From positions 868,001 through 932,000 of the forward strand of contig JBLDXI010000009.1 in the NCBI GenBank assembly GCA_047495785.1: 64,000 bases of DNA. The letters are read 5' to 3'. This stretch comes from Lepidodermella squamata (taxonomy: Eukaryota > Animalia > Gastrotricha). The notes below the pieces were generated by a model that saw only the letters and a list, made by a program, of their open reading frames with translations, had not been told where the DNA came from and did not search any database. Made by a program: the position numbers and the translations under genes. Shown in pieces: positions 52,735 through 64,000 of the stretch (position 1 is its first letter; the number at the start of each line of letters is the position of its first letter).

Positions 52735-52860
52735 AAATGTTAAGCTAGATCTAAGCAAAAAATTCAAATGCAATTTTTTTACTCATTCAATTTCAATTAA
52801 ATAAAGCAACATTTTTATGCAACGGCTCGTTAAAAACAGATAATTAGAAATTGGCAAAGT

Positions 52861-54381
52861 CTAAGATTGTGACGTAGATCTGCCACGGATAAATGAAAAC
52901 AGAGCAGAAGTGATAGTGCTTGGAAGCAACGGATTCGTACTGGCCATAAAACTAGCTGAATTGAGTGGCCGTAAAGAATCTGCATTCTGCCCATTATCGG
53001 CGTAATTCTCAATCCCACCAGGAAGAGTAACCCATTCTTCTTCATCGGTCATATAATCAAAAAAAGAGGGGTCAGTACTTGACGCACATAAGGGCGCAAT
53101 AACATTCAAAAGCAAAGAATCAGCATTTGGATAGTCCAGTAGTCGCTGAAGTTCCGGCTCGAATTCCAACAAATTCTGTCGAGTAGCGTTCGTCGGTTGA
53201 TTTCGTGCATCCGAATTATTGAGAACATATTCGTACAAGAGCCACAGGTTATAAGCCGGATTGCTAGGCCTAAGCAAATTACTGTCCAGTCCAATCATCA
53301 AGCAGAGAAAGCTTATATTTGCAGACACTCTAGCGGAGTAAAGGCGAAATTGGTCGACAGAAAGTCTTCCGCATAATACGTCCTTGTTGAAAATTGATAA
53401 TGGAAAAGGCAGGAAAATATTGAAAATAGCTGCTAGAGAAGCTGAAAGCTGATTCATGTAGGAGTATCCCACTACTAGATCTTTGCTTTGTAATGCTCCG
53501 GGGCCCTGAGAAGAGAAGGATGAGTCAGTGGAGGCAATACTGACACCATGTCCAATCGTATCTACAGCAAAAGGCACATATTGAGAGCATGAGCTATCTG
53601 GAGGCACCATCGCCGTCAGCAGCCTGTACCCACTCGTGGGAGTAATGACCGTCGGAGTCGCCTCAACCCAGCGTCCATTCATATACGCCCATCGCTGGGC
53701 TTCAGCTAACTGCAGAGCAACCAGATTCTCGTTATCAGGTTCTTCGTTATAAAAGTTTTTCGCGGCGATCTCAACGGATGGCGCTAATTCGATCCGAGTG
53801 AGAGGCACAACGTTTTGAAATAAATCAAGAGCTATTCGCCATTGAGAGCAACCCAGCTCCGAATTTCCTCGCGACATGTGAATTATGGAGTCATTAATTT
53901 TGCTCTCCAAGTGACGAATATTCTCAGCAGCTCTGGAGTACTTTTCGCCATGTTTCATTTCATTATTCCTACTCTCCTTGTTCATCGCTCGAATTGCATG
54001 CAGCTTTTTAGCTTTTTCTCGATTACGAGATTTTAGAGACAACACATCGTTCCTCATTTTGAATACTTCACTTCTAAGTTGCTCAATTCGGCGCTGAGTG
54101 TCGTTTCCGCAAACTGATGGAATGTTCACGAACGAGTCCAGCAATTTAGCTCGCTTTTCCCTCGCTGTATTTATACTGCTCATCAGCTGCTCAACGCTTC
54201 CTCCAATAGATGGCGAGGCTTTTCTCATGATGCAGCGTGCGCAGAAGAAAATACGCTTCTTCGAAGCGTCAATCAAACATATAGGACAAACTGCTTGCGT
54301 CACAACGGGAACAGATAACTGTCGGTTGAAAGCCGAGCGCAGCAATTTCACATCACCCAAACCGCCTTGTGAACTAGTCAT
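52861..54381 (-). CDS. ATG14: Beclin1-associated autophagy regulator ATG14 (single exon)
   Basis: N-terminal CPIC..FFCARC, coiled coil, acidic EEEWVTL LIR-like motif, C-terminal amphipathic ITSALFSFIRG (BATS-like). Confidence 0.88.
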   Translation of the reverse strand: MTSSQGGLGDVKLLRSAFNRQLSVPVVTQAVCPICLIDASKKRIFFCARCIMRKASPSIGGSVEQLMSSINTAREKRAKLLDSFVNIPSVCGNDTQRRIEQLRSEVFKMRNDVLSLKSRNREKAKKLHAIRAMNKESRNNEMKHGEKYSRAAENIRHLESKINDSIIHMSRGNSELGCSQWRIALDLFQNVVPLTRIELAPSVEIAAKNFYNEEPDNENLVALQLAEAQRWAYMNGRWVEATPTVITPTSGYRLLTAMVPPDSSCSQYVPFAVDTIGHGVSIASTDSSFSSQGPGALQSKDLVVGYSYMNQLSASLAAIFNIFLPFPLSIFNKDVLCGRLSVDQFRLYSARVSANISFLCLMIGLDSNLLRPSNPAYNLWLLYEYVLNNSDARNQPTNATRQNLLEFEPELQRLLDYPNADSLLLNVIAPLCASSTDPSFFDYMTDEEEWVTLPGGIENYADNGQNADSLRPLNSASFMASTNPLLPSTITSALFSFIRGRSTSQS

Positions 54382-56167
54382 ATTCCATACTTAATTTCTA
54401 AAGGTAATACGTCAGTAAAGTTATAATTGAATGACTATTTCGACGCTAATAGAATAAATAGAATTATAAATAGCAAATATACCAAGTATAAATAATACTA
54501 GCTGGAGCTAGAAAGCCAGCATTCACACTAAGAATAAATATACGACCAAACAAGAAAATTTGGCGAATCGTGAATCAATTTTTGTTATTCGCTGTTTAGC
54601 GCTGCATGGTAAAACGTGAATCTTGACAATGGCTAACTGCAAAGTGCAGCTCCTTATTCAATTATTCCTGATTCGGGAAGAGCGGGGCGCTGGGCTCAAA
54701 ATGTCGTTGAGCTCCCTAAACACGACGCGCAATCAAATATGGGGTATGGGGCGAGGAATGATGTCGGTTTTGAAGCAAAGTAGGTCCCTAAATTCTATAT
54801 TCTCTATCGACTCAATAGGAGAGGTTGCTGTTTATGGAAGACTGCGCTATTTCCGACGTAAGTATTCACAAGGGGCCTTCATGTAAAGAGACCTAGCGCC
54901 TAGCGTCTGTTTGGTAACCAACAGCAAAAAGGGTAAGCGGGATGACCCTTATGTTTTTGGGTATTTCCTCCATATTATCCTCCATCCATATAATATCATA
55001 CTTCATACTGAAAATCTTCGCTCACATACTTAAAATGGGCCGCTTCATTAGTGCAACATTTTCCTTTGAATTTTTTCCGCGCGACAAACCTAGGTTCGAT
55101 CGACAGGGAATTGAGCTGAAGTGTGAAGTGGTAAGTGGAAACACGTTAAAAAGTAGAAAGGTGTCGCTAGTCGTAAAATTCTTTGTCATCGTCATCGAAT
55201 GAAAGGACAAAAAATGGCAATTTTGGCGATTATGCCAAGTGCAAGCTTCATTTCACCTTCGCAGAATAATTGTTATTATATTTTATTATATTTATTATTA
55301 TTATTTTGTTGCATTTTCACAATTTTATTTTTTTGTCTCTACGTACGCTTTTGCCATCCTGATGTGGTCTTCCATGCTGTCTGCTGTCTTGCAGTGACTC
55401 CGCGGTGACTCCGAGCTCGCGTGGAGTACCAGGGGTCGGGACTTCATTAAGTAGTTAGCAATTTTTTACTTGCTCCTTGCTACGCCTTATGGCAATTGGC
55501 GAAAACTTGAGTCCGGCCGGCTGAGGAGAAAATTTGAATTCGTGATCGCGACCATGAAAAGTGCATCGATATCACTCGCTTTTAGCTCAAGGTCTTGGAT
55601 ACATTTTAAACAATGCATATTATAAGATTATTGTCATCCTTAATTAGCCACTTGTAAACGTTCGTAAAGATTGACAGTATAGTATTTCTCCCAAGTGTTT
55701 TTCTTATCAAGTTGATCCTATGGCCATGTCGTTCACTCGCTCGCAGCAGGGGCTCCTTCAAGAACCTACAACCCGACTTGGCTTTTAAAAAAAGTTAAGC
55801 GAAGGCAATCAAGTTTTGTCCACCTGTCTCCACACTCAATCCTATCCTATACTTACTGATAAACCTAATATCTAACACCTAACTGAGCATATGATAATTA
55901 TCGAACATTGAACATTGAACATTGTTGATAATTATCGATTTTGGCCGGCTACTGCCCCGCGCTCTGAAGCATGATATATATGTCAGGGCGAAAGTTTACC
56001 TAGTTGAAATAAGTTTTTAAAGGATTAACATCTAAACGAAAACTGTTTTATGTGTTGGTTAAAATAGTTGAACATTTTGATAGTTCTGATTTCGCTCTAA
56101 ATCGACAATATTCTTTATTCACTTCAAACGTGAAAACTTCAATAACGTACCTAGTTTGATTTTAACG

Positions 56168-57014
56168 ATGGCTACGGAAGAAAGCAAGGTGACAAATCGT
56201 CGTTGCAAATATCGGGTTGTAATACATTTTCATGCTATAATCAGGTCGCATTAACAGTCACGCTCAAATCGCAAACTAACGATTTGCTGGCTCCCCCGGT
56301 GATTGCTGTTATATGCATAATTGTTTACCTAATCATCGTAGCAGTTGTTTGGTTTGTTAGAAAATGCTTGGTGGTAAGTTTACTAGTTGCTCATATATGT
56401 AAGGCTCAATGCTCATTTCCAGAATCGAGGTACCTGCAAGCAATGTCAGTTGCGTTGTGATTGTTGTTTGTGGATACGCGATTGCTGTCTATGCTGTGGA
56501 TCATGTTGCCAAGGGTATTCAGTAACGAGCTGCATGGATTCGTGCAATTGTCCCAGACATGTACAGTTTGTGCAAATTATGTTTTCATGGCCTGTTATTT
56601 TTTTGTACAGAAATATTACTGCACTGATCTGCTATGCTGTCGTTGCTTGTGCCCGGAAAATTCACCTTGCGTTAATTGCTGCGATGACGTATGTCTTAGA
56701 GAAGCTGTATATACCTATTTTCATAAGATGTTTGAATTTTGCCTCAGATGGCTTCGGGAAGTTGCGAATGCTGCGGATGTCAACTGAATTTTACAATGGC
56801 TGCCCAAACGGCTAGATCGCCGCGGCAACAAATACCACCTCAAGGCTACCCATTTTACGCCAACACTACTCAGCCTCTAGGTGGATTTGTTCCGCCAACA
56901 TACTTAACAACTGTTCCGCAACCTGGTGGAATTCCTGCCATGGCAGGGACTTATCCTCCACTGACAGGACAACCTGTTGTCGGTCAAGTTCCGAGACTGG
57001 CAGTGAGAACTTGA
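56168..57014 (+). CDS. Uncharacterised single-pass membrane protein with a Cys-rich domain and Pro/Gln/Tyr-rich tail
   Basis: Five exons joined by phase-0 GT-AG introns: MATEESK|VALTV..PPVIAVICIIVYLIIVAVVWFVRKCLV|NRGTCKQCQLRCDCC..|KYYCTDLLCCRC..|MASGSCECCGC..PPQGYPFY.. Confidence 0.8.
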
Positions 57015-58023
57015 ACCAGCCTATGACGATTAGCCGCGTTGCTCAAATTTTTGTGTATTACAATAATGCATCAAATGCATCACATACCTATATGATCTCA
57101 CTCGCTGCTCCGACGAATCATTGTCAGTGATTTGTTAAAGATTTTTCGAACAAACCTACCTCTTAATCTTTTGGATTAGTATTAATCGATTATAATTATT
57201 CGCATCGTTTGTCTGTTGCATTGAAGGTCTTCGAAGAAATAAAGATATGTAATATCTTCCGGCTCATTCATTTGCAGTTTTGACGTCCTACCATACGGGC
57301 AGACGTATTTATGTATTATGTATTATGTATTTAAATTGCATGAAATCAGAGAATATTTTAAATGTAAATTTCGGTAACGTTTTTTGCGACAGGACGTTGC
57401 AGAGGGAAGGCGGCGAAATATTATTCGGCTACTTTGTAACGCCATATTGCTCATGACTATTGACAATTGAATTCAAACAAGCAAACAATCATTATCTAAT
57501 TGCATTTATCTACGCATTTTGCAATTTTGCACAATAAAGGTGGTTTAAGGGTTACCATACTAAATACAATTTCCATACTATTTTACTTACCCTGAGCGAA
57601 AGGTCCCGCGCATTTTAAAGTTTATCTACCTTTGCTTTCGCCATTTTTGTATCGTTTTGAGATAGCAGTTCTAAAAACAGGTAGAACGGACCGCTTGGAC
57701 TTTTACAGCTTGCAGGTCCGGTTTTTGCCTTAAACACCCATCTGTGAAATTGGCGGTATAAGTTACTCATGAATACCGGAATACAGGAAAAGTTATACGT
57801 ATTTTTACCATTACTAATACTGGAATATTAATAGGCAGTTTTGAAGCGCATCTTGTGGTGCAAGGTGCGTTAATTCACCTCTATAAACAAAGCCAAAAAA
57901 ACACGATTTTGTCCATAAGACCACGTTACAGTACATTATACATTCTATGTATTCTCGAAATTCATGATATTCTGCCACTTGATAAACAAGCAAAAGTTTT
58001 AACTTAGACGATTAGTGTCTTGA

Positions 58024-59264
58024 TTAAATTTGAATCGCCCATTTTTCTCCCAAGTCAATGTCTTTTTTTAGTTCCTCAACTGCTTCCGCAAGTAAGCGTT
58101 TCTCGAAACCATTAATAGCGCCAAGTCCCAGATTCAGTTCGATACCGTTCGGCTATGAGATACATATGAAAAAGATGAAATGTCATAGGTACGGTTGGCT
58201 TGTGAGAATTATAAAAGTTACCCCAAGAAGAATAGGATTGCAGAAATATTTAACGTCTGAAATCTCGCTGCGAACATACGCACATTCAACCACTCCGGGG
58301 ACACCTGTGATAGAATTCGGTTATCATACATCGTTAGGAAAATTAGAAATGTCTACCATGCATAGCCTCGAGCAGGCATTGTACAAAATGGTAGCCAGCG
58401 TGAGCCATCGATAGAGTTGCCGATCCATGTCCATTTTTAGCGCTTATTACTTCGAAAATAGCTGTTTTCACGTGATCTGTCAGCTGAGATTGCTCTTCGT
58501 CAGAAAATGTGACTGCTGGGCGCATTTGCGAGAAGAGCGGCACCGTCGTTTCCTCTGAGTGACCCCCGGCAATAGGAACAACAGAATGGCCAAGTTCCAG
58601 GCGCTTGCACTTGGCTGCGAATAGACTGGCTCGCATTACATCAAGTGACAGAACACCGAATATTCGCCTGTAATATGTCGCAGGAAACTAAATCGAGTGA
58701 ATGGATTGAGTTGTATTGAAATTAAAACCTTGTATCAAGAACGCCTTGCTTCGCCAGAACGTTCACAGCTATAGGAACTAACGAGTTGATCTGGAAGAAA
58801 TCGTTATTACTATAAAAAAGCATAGGTAACCATTATTCACCGGATTCGTAATTATACATATCATCGCTTTGGGGCAAGTTTTGGCGCAAGCTGTGACAAG
58901 CTCCGTGATTATTGGTGCATTCGAAACAAATAAATCCTCCATCGTTTTTCCTGGCTGCTGCGCTTTACCCGCTGTTATCACTACTACATCGGCTCCTGTC
59001 AACGCCTCCGTAAGACCGTTGTTAGTAGGGCCATAGCCAACAACTTTGCAGCGGGTATTGACATGGCTGAGGTCGACCGCTACGCCAGGAGCTCCGACTA
59101 AGTTACAGATACAGATAACTGTTATATCGCTTGGGCAGTACCTACTAACCTAAATCGTAAATTGCGAGGGATGATATCAGCGGCGACTGCTTCAAAAGAA
59201 GGCAGAATGACTGGCCAATACCCCCTGCTCCACCAAGGACAGTAACTTTGGTTCCAAGAGCCAT
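58024..59264 (-). CDS. Divergent malate dehydrogenase 2-like 2-hydroxyacid dehydrogenase
   Basis: [37 protein letters not shown]|[29 protein letters not shown]; five introns and an open frame to ..GEKWAIQI*. Confidence 0.92.
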
Positions 59265-61380
59265 GTCCGAAACTAGTTTTTAAGTTTCTCTACGCAATAT
59301 ATGTAATGAGCTCACTCCACTGAGAAACTGTGCCGAGATAATACAATTCCTTTACGAGTTATCGGCTTTTCATTGTGTTGGGCCCGCATAAAATTATCTT
59401 AACATGAAAGATATGACGCACTGCAGAGCGGATTGAATCGGTTCTATAGCTTGACTGGTTGGCTAATACTGAAAGTACTTTGTGAAAAGTTGTGCTGCTA
59501 AAAATCGAGTGATGGAAAAGCATGATGTAAAAGCAGGAATGAAATTTAGTATACAGCATCGCTAACCCGTAGCTCGTTGCCTACTACGCCACACCGCGAA
59601 AAAAATAAGTCTACTTACTATAATATAATATTATCATTGTTTATGCCGTTATTATTTCCAGCTCACGAGTAATGCGTAATTTCTACCACTGCATTTGCAT
59701 TCGTAAAATGGCGCCTGGCTTTTATGCCAGCAATAGCGTGAACAGTATTGAGGTTTTCTTTCTCCTGAAAACGGACGAGCTTCCGCTGCAGCATGCACTG
59801 CTCACCTTGTAAGGAAGGCATAGTAGTACTATTCCTTACAAGCTGCTCACTTTCCATGCAGTTATCAGTGCGAAGAATCCTCCATCGTTTTCAAGTTCCG
59901 CTCGTGGCACGGCGATGTTAACTTTAAATGACGTCAACTTCCCTTAAAAATAATATGAACCCGACGCGTGTTCAACAAATCCACTTTTATTCAGTTTTAC
60001 AAAAAGGTAAACGCAACAATCAGTAACACCTCTTGCGCAATTCTAGTCGGCAAAACAGGAAAAATTGCAAAAACTGCGCGTTTCGTAACCAACCTCCTCA
60101 GACAAAAAGGTTAAGTTCAATGCATTACAATTTATCATGAAAACATGGACTTCGGAGTAAAAATCGCAGTCAGATAGAAATTAACAAAGCCTTCTCGTCA
60201 TTTTATGATTAGTGTGTATATTTACATATATTACAAATATAGGACGATGGTTTATGGCTGGTTTTTCATTTGTGAAGCAACAAGCCTTGAAGTTATTAGC
60301 AGATTCTACTATGCCGCCACCAATCAAGTGTAATGCCTAAGGTCTAACACTTAAATGATTCGGCATATATCCTATAAATCTGCTACTGTTATTCGCATCT
60401 TCAAACAAGTACCCTAATGAGATGACAGAAAATTATCATAGAAGCGAAGATCTAAAAAATGCCAAATTTAGGCGCTACAAGTAACCTGTAGCGGTTTACA
60501 CAAGGGCCGCTCTTGAGTACTCGTTCGAGACGAAACATTTGTTTTCCCATCAAATGATGACGCAAACAATAAAAGACGACAAAATGGCATAGTTTTTAAA
60601 AGCAACACAAAAGCTTTCCAAATAACAACCACAAACGCAACATTTATAATCATCTGGCATACAGACAGAAAATAGACAATAAAAATTCAACTTCGTTTCA
60701 TAGTCAGCAAAGTATAAACGGGAATAAGTAATCTGCGTCAATATCTTATCGAATTGCTGCTTATCGGTATAAGTATAAATAATAAGGATCAAAGGTCGAA
60801 ACTCGAAAGAAATTTAGCGACCAAGTCAACCTTGGGCGTAAGACAACTGTTCCAAGAGCTCGCTACGCAGTTCGATAAAGCGTAGTTTCACCAGGTTGAA
60901 GAAAAATTACAAATTACAAATCTTAAATCAAGCAAGGCTTTGTCGCTTCTTTCCAATCAGAATATATTCAAGTCGTCTCAGCGGAAGATTTAATTAGCGC
61001 TACGCGCTGATTGGAATAACTAATAAAGAGACACCGATAGGTCACATAGCTTTGGTTTCACCGATTCAAGTCACTTTCAGTGTAAGCGTAAGCACATTAC
61101 GCGTGAATACTTACACATAGCCACTGGTTAATGCATGTAGAAAACGACTGCGCTTAAGACTAGCTCATGCTTCGAACAAGTTATTTTGAAAGTTGCTACA
61201 ACAACAACAAGGGAGTCATTAGTGACACTTGATTACAAACATGTAACTGATTACAAAGTGTGAGACGCTATGCTAGCTTAATAAGAGTTAAATGAGTGAT
61301 TCTGATTACTACTGACAAATTTTTCAACCTTTAAGGTTATCTGTCTATCACATTAAATATAATGCTCTCGGGTAACATGG

Positions 61381-63598
<2,218 letters not shown>

Positions 63599-64000
63599 TC
63601 AGCAGCAAAATTATAAAGAAAAAACCATGTAAATTGCCAGATAAGAAGTCAAACTATGTCATTTTAACACCCTATTTCAAAATTTAAAAAAAATTACAAC
63701 AATTTTCAAGGTGAACATCGAATGTTGCTCTGAGGTGACCCATTTGAGAAGATTCTAGGACTGTCAATGGCATTAGTATCATGGCGAAGCGGAGTGCATT
63801 TGTGCAGATATACCGCGTGCGACATTACGATAGACCCTGTTACTAAATATGATGTTTCAGAAGAAACCACTGCTTTTTCTTAAGACCGTCTTTCGCTCGA
63901 ACGCATTCAAGTAATATGCTAAAAATAATGCCCGCAATATAAGTGCTGCAAACGATATTAATGTGTAGAGGATAAGCAACTGACCGCCGGGTGAACCTTG

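Overview
Eukaryotic, apparently invertebrate animal, genomic DNA from a compact genome with mostly 50-60 nt GT-AG introns. I cannot identify the species. Recognisable spliced genes: LIS1 (5' end outside the window), a tetraspanin, a stand-alone CYB5R4-type cytochrome b5 protein, CDC37, DNAJA, WDR70, ZDHHC5/8, eIF3c, an ATP7 copper ATPase, TMEM131, TMX2, ATG14, an orphan Cys-rich membrane protein, a divergent MDH2-like dehydrogenase and RXR/USP. About 2-18 kb is rich in decayed transposons (Gypsy, several LINE fragments, a Foldback-like element with an 8-bp TSD, a hammerhead-like inverted pair), and a TA-flanked MITE lies at 25.3-26.1 kb. The most notable observations are: (i) very tight same-strand gene clusters with splice-acceptor-like sites just upstream of start codons, suggesting trans-spliced operons; (ii) an intact MDH2 paralogue with both substrate-loop arginines replaced (R102Q is LDH-like; R109M); (iii) a TMX2 with a full CxxC (WCPPC); (iv) a divergent RXR ligand-binding domain. 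Gene models and exon boundaries were read by eye and no searches were run.
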